Below, piece after piece: positions 35,065-44,086 of a stretch of 64,000 bases of DNA; the first letter of the stretch is position 1, and every line of letters begins with the position of its first letter. The notes under the pieces are model-generated. The model worked only from the letters and a program-made list of their open reading frames with translations. It searched no databases and was not told where the DNA came from. The stretch spans positions 718,351-782,350 of the forward strand of contig JACPOV010000008.1 in assembly GCA_016191325.1 (NCBI GenBank). The letters are read 5' to 3'. The DNA is from Candidatus Babelota bacterium. GTDB lineage: Bacteria > Babelota > Babeliae > Babelales > JACPOV01. The translations under genes and the position numbers were made by a program.

Positions 35065-35760
35065 GTGAGAAAGTTTTTCTTATTCGTTTTGTGCAGCGCA
35101 TTTTTTCAAACGAACACAATGGAGCTAACTAAAAAAACGGCAGCCCCAATCATTTTTAATGAACTTGCATGGCAACTTATTTTCCGCACGATTATTGATA
35201 CAACTTATGAACAAGATTCGGGAAAAGATAAATGCACTGTCAAAAATGAGATGCGCAACATAGCGCTTTGCTGCACATCCTTAAACAAAATAGTTAAGAA
35301 TCTAGGGTCTGACGATTCGTTCAATAACTATTTTATTTTGCGACGGGCCCCAAACATAAAATTCAAGAATTCCAGGCTCAATGACCTTATATCCAAGCAA
35401 ATGCTAGCTGCGGCCCATCTTGGAACACCTTCCGCTTTAAAAATTTTGGAAAAGCAACTTCAAGAAGGAACCCTAACATCGATCAAACTCGTTTTGGATG
35501 CGAAATTTAAATCGCGACAGCACCTCGTGCCTTGGTTTTTTGCTTGCAGCAATACATGTGGGGGTGAGTATGAAACAACGGTCTCCATCGCGGAAGCGCT
35601 AGCGGACGTTTTGAAAAACTTTCCCAAGACAACTCAATTATTTTGCCACAACGTTTTGAAGGAACGACAGAAGCAAACCCCATCATTTGCAAAGACCCAA
35701 AGCGTTTCCTCTGAATTGGATAAATTGGCCGCAGCGTACGACGAAAAGGAAGAATCATGA
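35065..35760 (+). CDS. hypothetical protein with N-terminal signal-like segment and a possible F-box-like motif
   Basis: GTG start with GAGGA SD. IIFNELAWQLIFRTII ... MRNIALCCTSLNKIV loosely fits the F-box pattern LPxE(L/I)xxxI(F/L) ... VC(K/S)xW. ATGA overlap with tmk. Confidence 0.45.
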   Translation: MRKFFLFVLCSAFFQTNTMELTKKTAAPIIFNELAWQLIFRTIIDTTYEQDSGKDKCTVKNEMRNIALCCTSLNKIVKNLGSDDSFNNYFILRRAPNIKFKNSRLNDLISKQMLAAAHLGTPSALKILEKQLQEGTLTSIKLVLDAKFKSRQHLVPWFFACSNTCGGEYETTVSIAEALADVLKNFPKTTQLFCHNVLKERQKQTPSFAKTQSVSSELDKLAAAYDEKEES

Positions 35761-36422
35761 TTACAAAATTAAAGCGTGGGCTTCTCGTCGCTATCGAAGG
35801 AATTGACGGTTCTGGTAAATCAACGCTCGCGCGAACCCTTGCTGAACAATTTGAAGGACAGAATATTACAACAATTTTAACCCGCGAACCGGGCGGCAGC
35901 CAATTAGGAAAGTCGCTGCGCACCATTTTGCAGCATCAGGAAAAGCCGCTCTCACCGATCGCCGAATTTTTGCTTTTCGCTGCAGATCGCGCTCAGCATT
36001 TTAAAGAAGTTGTTGTTCCTGCGCTTAATGAAAAAAAGCTTGTAATTTCAGATCGCCTGAGCGATTCATCACTCGTTTATCAAGGATTTGGCAAAGGAGT
36101 GGATCGCACAATGATCGCGCAAGTAAATGAATGGGCAATGCAATCAATAAAGCCTGATTTGGTTATTTACGTCCGCATTGATGCACAAACGGCCCGCGAA
36201 CGGTTGCTTGCTCGCGGCAAAAAGCTAACATCGTTCGAAAAAGAAGCAAGCGAATTTACCCAACGTTTGATCGATGGATTTGAAACTCTTTATGCAAACA
36301 CAAAAAATGTTATCATAGTGGATGGTACTTTCTCGCCACATGAATTGGCAACGTTCACCTTTAACCAGATTAATGTATGGCTCACCTCCAATCACCGCAT
36401 CACCGACTCAGCGAAGTTTTAA
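35757..36422 (+). CDS. tmk: thymidylate kinase
   Basis: LLVAIEGIDGSGKSTLARTL P-loop, TREPGGSQLGKSLRTIL, and the DRLSDSSLVYQG lid region. Confidence 0.92.
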   Translation: MITKLKRGLLVAIEGIDGSGKSTLARTLAEQFEGQNITTILTREPGGSQLGKSLRTILQHQEKPLSPIAEFLLFAADRAQHFKEVVVPALNEKKLVISDRLSDSSLVYQGFGKGVDRTMIAQVNEWAMQSIKPDLVIYVRIDAQTARERLLARGKKLTSFEKEASEFTQRLIDGFETLYANTKNVIIVDGTFSPHELATFTFNQINVWLTSNHRITDSAKF

Positions 36423-37156
36423 CGCTACACCCCGCTCACTTGGTGGTGGGCAACGAGTATGATGCAAAAGAAGCGGCAATGCATGCCCTTAAAAACTATT
36501 GGTGCACAAAAAAAGGATGTGGCTCGTGCATCGCCTGCATCCAATTAAAAGAAAATCAGCATCATGGCGTTTATTGGGCTTTTCCAGATCCGAATTATAC
36601 GCTTGCTCAGATTGATGAGCTTCTTGAAAAAACACTTCTTTCGCTACAGGAAAATGAACATTTCTTTTTAATTTTGAAAAAAACCGATTTTTTATCGGCC
36701 GCATGCGCAAATCGAATGTTAAAAATCCTTGAAGAACCGCCTCGGGGTTATCATTTTATTTTATTAGCAGAACGAACTGATGGCCTGCTTGTAACTATTC
36801 GATCCCGCTGTTTGGTTACCGATCTTAAATCGATCGCAGCAACTGCAGTTACCCATCCGATAGCATCACTTTTCGTTTCTCTGAATTTTAAACATCCTGA
36901 TGTTTTGCTGAAACTTCTTGATGAGCATGATTTGCATGATCGGCAAACGCTAGAGCTGACAGATCAACTTCTTGCTTACTGGTTGCAAAAAAAATCTGCT
37001 GCTTACAAAGAATCTGAAAAGAACCAGACCACGGCTTGCATCATGGTTGATTTGTTAAAAGAAGCTTTACTGCATCCGCCTATGCCAGGAAGCAGTAAGC
37101 TCTTTTGGAAAAATATGTATCTCAAGGCAAAAAAATTATCCGGCAGAATTAGTTAA
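36377..37156 (+). CDS. holB: DNA polymerase III delta-prime subunit (short form)
   Basis: HPAHLVVG, ANRMLKILEEPPRGYHFILLAERTDGLLVTIRSRC. Canonical tmk-holB order. The start is uncertain (46-nt overlap with tmk). Confidence 0.8.
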   Translation: MAHLQSPHHRLSEVLTLHPAHLVVGNEYDAKEAAMHALKNYWCTKKGCGSCIACIQLKENQHHGVYWAFPDPNYTLAQIDELLEKTLLSLQENEHFFLILKKTDFLSAACANRMLKILEEPPRGYHFILLAERTDGLLVTIRSRCLVTDLKSIAATAVTHPIASLFVSLNFKHPDVLLKLLDEHDLHDRQTLELTDQLLAYWLQKKSAAYKESEKNQTTACIMVDLLKEALLHPPMPGSSKLFWKNMYLKAKKLSGRIS

Positions 37157-37171
37157 TCGCGCCTAGAGAAA

Positions 37172-38821
37172 TTACTTTTTTTCTAGCAATGCCTTCACTT
37201 CTGCTGGTAACTTTTTATATTCATCTGCGAATTCTTTATTAAGCGCATTGACGCCTGCTTCTTTTGCAATTAAGAATATAATGAGCTGCTTGAGCGAAAG
37301 CGATTTTAATTTGAGCTCATCAGATTCCCAGATAATAACCGATCCTTTGATACCACCTACGCCCTGCGCTGATGCAAGTTTTCCATTTGAGTTGAATACC
37401 ACGTTTTGCACCCCCTTCGCCTCTAGAGTTTGAAGTTTTTTGCCGGTAAGCGCATCCCAAATTGTAATTGAGTCTTGGCCGCCAACGGCTAGTTTCGTGC
37501 CATGTTCATTGAATGCGACTGAAGTTACCAGCCTCTTTTCGTTATCGTTACTTTGCAATTTGTTTCCTGTAGCAAGATCCCATACTATAAAGCCATCGTT
37601 TCCTCCCGAAGCAAGCTTTGTACCATCTGGACTAAAAGCTACAGAGTTTATGATATGTGAATGACCAGTTAATGTTTTAAGCTTATTTCCAGTTGCAAGA
37701 TCCCATATAATTACCGAAAAATCTTGCCCGCCTGAGGCTACCATTTTTCCATCCGGGCTGAATTTTACCGAGTGAGCAGAAGCTGTGTGGCCTTGCAGGG
37801 TCTGAATTTGCTTTTCTTGCATAATATCCCATATAATGACGTTGGGGCCAAACGCCTCAGCCAAGGCCAACTTTAAGCTATTGGGGCTGAATGCAATAGA
37901 TCTTGTATTAACAGGTATCGCTTTAAGTTGTTTACCGCTAGGAAAATCAAATAGAGAAAGGTCTCGGGTGATTGATCCTGCAACAAGTTTTTTGCCATCC
38001 GGACTAAACAAAACGTTTTCAGGGCGAGTCTCAACTTGGATTAATGCAAAATCTTTTTTTAGAACAAGGTCCCAAACTATGATTGTAGCTTTATTTGCCC
38101 TACGAGACCCATACGCGATTTTTCCACCATCTGGACTGAATGCTACCGAGTCAATTTCACTGAGTTCAGTTAATGATTCTGATTGACTGAATGGCAAGCC
38201 CAAAGCGCTTATAAGATTGTTCGTTACCATTTTTTGAAGATCTTGTGGAAGCAAAGCATTTATTTGGTTGAAGATTCCCTGTCTTGCATTAAGCTCCGCC
38301 AAAGCGTTCGAGGATTGCAATCGTTTTACTAGAGCGTTAACTGATGCTTTTAATAGTTTTTCAATGTCTAAATAATTGGCAGCTTGAGCTACGTATGCAA
38401 TTTCTGTGAAAGTAAAATTTTCTAATGATTTTTCTATTAACTTTGCATCATCAAGTACGCCACTGTTTGCCAATGAAAAAATAGCTTGAACTGCCCCAAG
38501 CGAGAGTTTAGGAAGGGTTATTACACTCCCTGCTTGCAGTACTGCCTGATCATCCTCCGCCATATTTTTCAACGTGACAGAGCTTGCTACTACTTTTTTT
38601 AGTAATTGATATGCCTCAGAATTTATAGCAGGCACGGTTACTTCAATATTACCAGTATCGTCTTGCACAATAAACGGAAATTGGGGGGCTGATGTCTGTT
38701 GTATCCCTGTCGCTGGCAGATATTCCTCTTCCTCCATACCGCTCGGGGGACAACTGGCGTAAGCAAGATTCGTGCAAATGAATAATATGGATATCGCTCT
38801 GAATGTATTAATTATTTTCAT
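37172..38821 (-). CDS. secreted Skp1-like (BTB/POZ fold) domain fused to a seven-blade WD40 propeller
   Basis: Start moved to the ATG at 38821 (GAGGT SD). Signal peptide MKIINTFRAISILFICTNLAYA. SVTLKNMAEDD, VITLPKLSLGAVQAIF and AQAANYLDIEKLLKASVNALVKRL parallel Skp1 SVTIKTMLED, PVPLPNVNAAILKKVI and [24 protein letters not shown]. Seven repeats of the (V/I)xFSPDGxK(L/V)ASGG ... IWD type follow. Confidence 0.7.
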   Translation of the reverse strand: MKIINTFRAISILFICTNLAYASCPPSGMEEEEYLPATGIQQTSAPQFPFIVQDDTGNIEVTVPAINSEAYQLLKKVVASSVTLKNMAEDDQAVLQAGSVITLPKLSLGAVQAIFSLANSGVLDDAKLIEKSLENFTFTEIAYVAQAANYLDIEKLLKASVNALVKRLQSSNALAELNARQGIFNQINALLPQDLQKMVTNNLISALGLPFSQSESLTELSEIDSVAFSPDGGKIAYGSRRANKATIIVWDLVLKKDFALIQVETRPENVLFSPDGKKLVAGSITRDLSLFDFPSGKQLKAIPVNTRSIAFSPNSLKLALAEAFGPNVIIWDIMQEKQIQTLQGHTASAHSVKFSPDGKMVASGGQDFSVIIWDLATGNKLKTLTGHSHIINSVAFSPDGTKLASGGNDGFIVWDLATGNKLQSNDNEKRLVTSVAFNEHGTKLAVGGQDSITIWDALTGKKLQTLEAKGVQNVVFNSNGKLASAQGVGGIKGSVIIWESDELKLKSLSLKQLIIFLIAKEAGVNALNKEFADEYKKLPAEVKALLEKK

Positions 38822-39191
38822 ATTTACCTCAGCCACCTTGCGAGAATTGAATTGGTTTACTGTATTTATCATAGAGTATATATTAAATCTTATTTGAAAA
38901 TAAATAAAAAATTTGGGCTTATAATTAATTATTTTTACATTAAGAGTAAAAATATATTTTGAGAATATTATTTTATAAAATATGCCTGAATAGGCTGTTG
39001 AATATATGCTGGCTCACTAACTACTGTTTTTTGGGCTTGAGCTAGGAAACTTGTCTTACCTAAGCGCAACAACTATGCGCCCTGCCCACCCAATAACCTT
39101 CAAAAAATTTATTTTTTTCTAATTCCTTTTTTTTGTAAACCGGCAGCTTCTCAGGAATTTCGATGCTTACAAAAAAGTCGACCACCCATTA

Positions 39192-40700
39192 TTATCCGCC
39201 CTTAATCACCGCAATCGGCACTAAGCGCGCTACCTTTTTTGCAATACCCGCATCATGCACAACGTTTACTACTTCTTCGACATCTTTGTAAGCGCTCGGC
39301 GCTTCTTCTGCAAGGCCAACATCCGAATCGCATCGCACAATAATCCCTTTTGATTCCAATTGCCCGCGAAGCGCAGATCCGCGAACCGATTTTTTCGCCG
39401 CGAAGCGAGACATTTTTCTTCCTGCACCGTGGCATGAGGAACCAAATGATAACTCCATTCCTTTATTCGTGCCCACAAGTACATAAGAAGCGGTTCCCAT
39501 CGTGCCAGGAATTAAAACAGGCTGCCCAACTGCGCGGTATTTTACCGGAACCTCCGATCTTTCTGCGCCAAAAGAACGTGTTGCGCCTTTTCTATGCACT
39601 AAGAGATCAAGCATCGAGCCATCAACTTCGTGCTTCTCCTTTTTTCCCATGTTGTGCGAAACGTCGTACACTAAATTAAGATGTGCATTATCTCCGAGCA
39701 CCTCTTGCCATGCTTGCCGCACCCAATGGCCAATCAAATGTCTATTTGCCCACGCAAAGTTTGCTGATGCTTGCATTGCTGCAAAATATTCTTGGCCTTC
39801 AGGTGATTTAAAAGGCGCGCATACCAACTCCTTATCGGGCAGTTGTATGTTCCATTTTGGCAATAAGGGCATAAATTGCCGTACATAATCTGTGCATGTT
39901 TGATGGCCCAAACCGCGGGAGCCGCAATGGATCATCACCGTCACTTGATCTTTGCGCAAACCAAAAATCTGTGCCGTTTCAGGATCTAAAATCTCATCAA
40001 CTTTTTGCACTTCAAGAAAATGATTACCAGAACCGAGCGTTCCTAATTGATCAGCTCCCCGTTCTTTTGCTTTATCGGAAACGAGATCTGGATTTGCACC
40101 GCTCATGCATCCGCGCTCTTCACAATATTCAATATCAGCAGGTTCCCCAAATCCCTTTTCGAGCATAAAAGGTGCACCGCGAGCCAGAACATTATTAAGA
40201 TCTTTTCCTTTCATCACGACGTTGCCGCCCCGCCCAACGCCTGATGGCACTGCGTTAAAAAGTGCTGTCGCTAATCGTTCAAGATCTTGTGCAATTTCTT
40301 TCGCAGTAACATTTGAAGCCAATAGACGCACACCACAATTAATATCGTAACCTATTCCGCCGGGCGATATGACACCTCCATGATCAATAGCGGTCGCTGC
40401 AACGCCGCCGATTGGAAACCCGTATCCTTCGTGAATATCTGGCATCGCAAGCGCATAATTAACGATACCAGGCAACGTGGCAACGTTCACTAACTGCCAA
40501 AGGGAACGGTCAATGCCGATATCTTTGAGCATTTTTTCAGTTGCAAAGATGCGTGCCGGAACTCGCATATCAGAGCGAAATGTCCGCGGAATCTCATAAA
40601 GGTATTTTTCGATTTTAATTAAATCTGCTTGAGTTATTTTTTCTGCCATAGCTTCCTTTTTTTTGTGCGCAGCAGTTAGATCATCGTATAGAGAGATCAC
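39192..40700 (-). CDS. rtcB: RNA-splicing ligase RtcB (long archaeo-eukaryotic type, 502 aa)
   Basis: GYDINCGVRLL, GSGNHFLEVQ, HCGSRGLGHQ, LVHRKGATR, GTMGTASYVL, SCHGAGR, and a C-terminal PIAVIKGG. Confidence 0.95.
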   Translation of the reverse strand: MISLYDDLTAAHKKKEAMAEKITQADLIKIEKYLYEIPRTFRSDMRVPARIFATEKMLKDIGIDRSLWQLVNVATLPGIVNYALAMPDIHEGYGFPIGGVAATAIDHGGVISPGGIGYDINCGVRLLASNVTAKEIAQDLERLATALFNAVPSGVGRGGNVVMKGKDLNNVLARGAPFMLEKGFGEPADIEYCEERGCMSGANPDLVSDKAKERGADQLGTLGSGNHFLEVQKVDEILDPETAQIFGLRKDQVTVMIHCGSRGLGHQTCTDYVRQFMPLLPKWNIQLPDKELVCAPFKSPEGQEYFAAMQASANFAWANRHLIGHWVRQAWQEVLGDNAHLNLVYDVSHNMGKKEKHEVDGSMLDLLVHRKGATRSFGAERSEVPVKYRAVGQPVLIPGTMGTASYVLVGTNKGMELSFGSSCHGAGRKMSRFAAKKSVRGSALRGQLESKGIIVRCDSDVGLAEEAPSAYKDVEEVVNVVHDAGIAKKVARLVPIAVIKGG

Positions 40701-40702
40701 CG

Positions 40703-41146
40703 TTAAATATCAAAAACAAGTTCCGTAGTCCACAGGCCGTCAGCTGTTTTCGTAATATGACATTCATGATAGGTTACCGCTTTTATTTCTATTTCAAAAC
40801 GCAAAACAGGCACTCCTCGGAGCGTAGCTTTTAAAACATTGGTGCCCAACTGGTGAATGACCGCGTCAAGATAGGCTTCGTTATGAACATCTGAAAGATA
40901 CAATGCATCTGATAAAAAATTTACTAGAAGATCTTCTAGTTTTTCTCCAGAAACTTTTGAATTGCGTGTGACTATAAGATCTTGGCAAACAAGATAATCT
41001 TTTTTTTTAATGCAATTGACCGCCGACGGACCAATTGATTGAAACATGCCGATAAGCGCATTTATAAATAGTTCTTCCTGTGTCGAGCCAAAAACGCGAA
41101 TTTTCAAATCGGCGGTATGGGATTCAACCTCAAATTTTTTTTGCAC
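40703..41146 (-). CDS. archease (RtcB activator)
   Basis: 147 aa. ESHTADLKIRVFG at the N-terminus and KAVTYHECHI near the C-terminus. Lies 2 nt upstream of rtcB. Confidence 0.85.
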   Translation of the reverse strand: MQKKFEVESHTADLKIRVFGSTQEELFINALIGMFQSIGPSAVNCIKKKDYLVCQDLIVTRNSKVSGEKLEDLLVNFLSDALYLSDVHNEAYLDAVIHQLGTNVLKATLRGVPVLRFEIEIKAVTYHECHITKTADGLWTTELVFDI

Positions 41147-41178
41147 TTCGCTTACTCCCCTCTTTCACAAAACCACCA

Positions 41179-41481
41179 CTAAGAAATGAGACAATGCTTA
41201 TTTGTATCGGTTTTCATATCTGCATTGTCATCTTTATTTTTCGCATGCGCAATATCGACTTTACTGTTTTGGGATGGATTATTTTCCAGAACATACTCAC
41301 AGTAATACGCGCCGCGCGAGGCGCTACCAAAATCGAACTCAGGGTTTGGGGTGCAAGAGACAATCTTATATCCTAGGCAGACCGCTTGGAAATTGCGGTT
41401 TTGAGATTCGGTGCCAACAGGGCCCACGGCATTTACAATTACTGAGCCTAAAAACATTATTCCCAAGAGATTATATTTCAT
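41179..41481 (-). CDS. small secreted protein, hypothetical
   Basis: Start moved to the ATG at 41481 (AAAGGA SD 8 nt upstream). Signal-like MKYNLLGIMFLGSVIVNA. ~100 aa. Confidence 0.45.
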   Translation of the reverse strand: MKYNLLGIMFLGSVIVNAVGPVGTESQNRNFQAVCLGYKIVSCTPNPEFDFGSASRGAYYCEYVLENNPSQNSKVDIAHAKNKDDNADMKTDTNKHCLIS

Positions 41482-41590
41482 CGAAGATCCTTTATTATAA
41501 AAGCAGATGCAAGGTGAATGATCGCTCATTATACTTCGTATTGGAGATAATCTGTAGTATATTTCGCTATAAAAACTTTTACAGCAAATC

Positions 41591-41887
41591 TTAAAAACTA
41601 CCAGTACTCGAAACCTTGGGAGCGGCACTATTATTATTTGTTGCTGCGCTTGGATTTTGCTGTTGTAACGGATTTAGAACTTGGGGAGAATTTTGAAAAT
41701 TTTGTGCGCCGTAACTAATTCCTGGAAAGTCTGCCCAATACTGGCCCGTTTGTTGGGAAGTTATAGCGTAGCCAATGACTATAGAAACAGTGGGCTGCGT
41801 TTGGTTTGTTCCCGAGTCGATAGGACACGAAGTACCAATGGCGGTCCATGCAATGAGCATTATAGCAGTTAATAATCTTAGTTTCAA
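41591..41887 (-). CDS. small secreted protein, hypothetical
   Basis: A TTG start at 41887 gives (M)KLRLLTAIMLIAWTAIGTSC, a signal-like N-terminus, and a Q/N-rich C-terminus. The longer track ORF is less plausible. Confidence 0.4.
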   Translation of the reverse strand: MKLRLLTAIMLIAWTAIGTSCPIDSGTNQTQPTVSIVIGYAITSQQTGQYWADFPGISYGAQNFQNSPQVLNPLQQQNPSAATNNNSAAPKVSSTGSF

Positions 41888-42022
41888 AATTATGCCCTTT
41901 TGAAAAATTAATAATTTATTGAAATGAAAAGTATGCCAATCATTATAAGGTAATTCTGCTGGATGTTCAACCCAACACTTTTGCACAATCATTGATCTGG
42001 AGGCAATAAGTATCTACACTAC

Positions 42023-42493
42023 ATGAACGTTGAACTACTTTTTAAGGATTTCCTATCGATGCCAATGCATATAAAAGAACTCCTGCCACACTTGCTACCT
42101 GCAGATCAATCGTGGAAAGTGACACTCCTTGCACAGTGGCAAACGATTGTTGGGAACCTAAAGGCACATGTTACGCTTCTTAAAATCGCGGAAGACACGA
42201 TAACCTTAGGGGTCTTTAACTCAAGCTGGCTTCAGGAAATGTATCTCCTCTCCCCGGTCATTCTGGAAACAATTAACAAAAGTCTCGACCAGCCCAGAAT
42301 AAAAAATATACGATTTAAACAGATAGCGCAGAAAAAAAAAGGTGGAAACGCTCCTTCTTTTAAGCGGATTACTGCCGTCGCCCCACTATCGTTATCAAAG
42401 GAACAAGAAGCGGCGCTTAGCAAGATAAATGATCCAGAACTGCGCATCGTTTTATTTCAGTTTTTACAACGCTGCAATAGGGAGAAAGAGTAA
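42023..42493 (+). CDS. dciA: DciA-like (DUF721 family) protein
   Basis: WQTIVGNLKAHVTLLKIAEDTITLGVFNSSWLQEMYLLSPVILETINKSL matches the DUF721/DciA core pattern (W..IVG......T....i..g.L.v.v.ss.w..EL......il..iN). Confidence 0.6.
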   Translation: MNVELLFKDFLSMPMHIKELLPHLLPADQSWKVTLLAQWQTIVGNLKAHVTLLKIAEDTITLGVFNSSWLQEMYLLSPVILETINKSLDQPRIKNIRFKQIAQKKKGGNAPSFKRITAVAPLSLSKEQEAALSKINDPELRIVLFQFLQRCNREKE

Positions 42494-42494
42494 C

Positions 42495-44072
42495 ATGAAG
42501 CAATTAAGCCTTTCAGGCAGTTTTCTCTTCATTTTAATACAAACGACTTTATCCTTAATGCCAACTCCCCCGCCCCATCTAGATGATGGCCCTACTAATC
42601 ATTTTCATCTTTATATATGGGGATATTATAATGATTTATCAGCACAACATAACGTAGCTAAAAAATGTTTTGATACGATCATGCGATCAGGCGGATCCCT
42701 TTACAGCTATCCAGGCTACATTCACAATCTCTTTAATACTAAACAATACGAAAAAATAATTTCGATGATTCCGCAGATCGAAGCAAATTTTTCGCAGCAG
42801 CTTGATCTCCAGATGATCATTATTAAAGCTCTTGAATTGAGTGGCAAGCAATCACAAGCTGATAAACGAATCATGGCGCTAGCAAACTCACATCCAGAAG
42901 ATGCAGAACTCGTTTATTATGCTGCAGCGGCGCATGTTCGTGCACGGCATCCTGAAGAAGCAGTCGCAATCATGGATCGTTATTTAAAAATTCGGGGTGA
43001 AAAAAGCTCGAGCTTTATTTTCTATTTCTTAAAAGCCCAGATTTTTTTTCAGCTCATGCAAAAAGAGTCGGCCGTTTCTAACATCGGCAAATGCGTCGAA
43101 TTAAATCCAAATTTTGAGCAAGGATGGCTTCTTTCCGGTTTGATCAATGAACTCAGTGGAAATGTAGATAAAGCAATGTTAAGTTATCGCAACTTTCTCT
43201 CTATAGTCGGGCATGATCCCAACGTCGAACGCCAAATATTGAATCTGATGCTTAAGAAAGAAAACAGCAAACTCATGCCGCTGAATGATTCTCTCCTAGA
43301 TCGAGCACTCGACTTATATCACCAAAAAGAATTTATTACAGCATTGGAACTCATAAACGATCATTTATTGATTCATCCCTATGAAGAGTCTGCAAGACTC
43401 TTTAAAATTGAGCTTCTCGGCTGTCTTAAAAGGTCAAAAGAGGCGATCGCTCTTTTAAAGAACTGGATCGACGAAAATCCGAATAACCCTTCCTTGTATC
43501 GAATTTTGCATCTTATGTATCTTAACAAGACCGAACAACGAGCTGTTATAGCGACATTAAAGCATTATGCGCATTTAAATCCCTCGATTACCTATCCTTT
43601 TTTTTATTTGATCGATATTGCGCTCAAGAAAAATACGCTTTCAGAGGCATTATATTATCTTAATCAAGCGATTGCTTCATCAAAAGATGTACTGATTAAA
43701 ACACAACTTCTCTATCAAATTGCGATTATTTATTATGAGCGGCATCAATGGCCATCGATGCTTGAGACCCTTAATGTAGCATTTAAAATTAATCCAGACT
43801 TTGCTCCCCTGAGCCATCTCCTTGCCGACTATTATTTAGTAAAAGATAAAAATTTCAAAGCGGCGCAATTACATATCGATGCAGCACTTAAAAAAGATCC
43901 AAACAATCATCTTTTTCTCAATACTCAAGCAAAAATTTGGTATAAAGAAAGAAAATTCTATAAAGCACCAGATTTAATTCAAGTCAGTAGCTATCAGAGC
44001 ACAAAGAAATTACCTAAACTAAAATATGTTCAGAAGTTGAACAAAAAACACAAAGAACTTTCATTAGCGTAA
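42495..44072 (+). CDS. TPR-repeat protein with signal peptide
   Basis: Start moved to the ATG at 42495, 1 nt after the dciA-like stop. MKQLSLSGSFLFILIQTTLSL, then multiple 34-aa helical repeats (for example AQIFFQLMQKESAVSNIGKCVELNPNFEQGW). Confidence 0.7.
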   Translation: MKQLSLSGSFLFILIQTTLSLMPTPPPHLDDGPTNHFHLYIWGYYNDLSAQHNVAKKCFDTIMRSGGSLYSYPGYIHNLFNTKQYEKIISMIPQIEANFSQQLDLQMIIIKALELSGKQSQADKRIMALANSHPEDAELVYYAAAAHVRARHPEEAVAIMDRYLKIRGEKSSSFIFYFLKAQIFFQLMQKESAVSNIGKCVELNPNFEQGWLLSGLINELSGNVDKAMLSYRNFLSIVGHDPNVERQILNLMLKKENSKLMPLNDSLLDRALDLYHQKEFITALELINDHLLIHPYEESARLFKIELLGCLKRSKEAIALLKNWIDENPNNPSLYRILHLMYLNKTEQRAVIATLKHYAHLNPSITYPFFYLIDIALKKNTLSEALYYLNQAIASSKDVLIKTQLLYQIAIIYYERHQWPSMLETLNVAFKINPDFAPLSHLLADYYLVKDKNFKAAQLHIDAALKKDPNNHLFLNTQAKIWYKERKFYKAPDLIQVSSYQSTKKLPKLKYVQKLNKKHKELSLA

Positions 44073-44086
44073 AGGTTTTATTTCCT

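Noticed and set aside
35507-35926. 139-aa minus-strand ORF spanning the tmk start
   Set aside because: It is antisense to two well supported plus-strand genes, including the tmk P-loop region.
39253-40350. Seven overlapping 60-128-aa ORFs on both strands inside rtcB
   Set aside because: All are nested in the highly conserved rtcB reading frame. They are a by-product of locally low stop-codon density.
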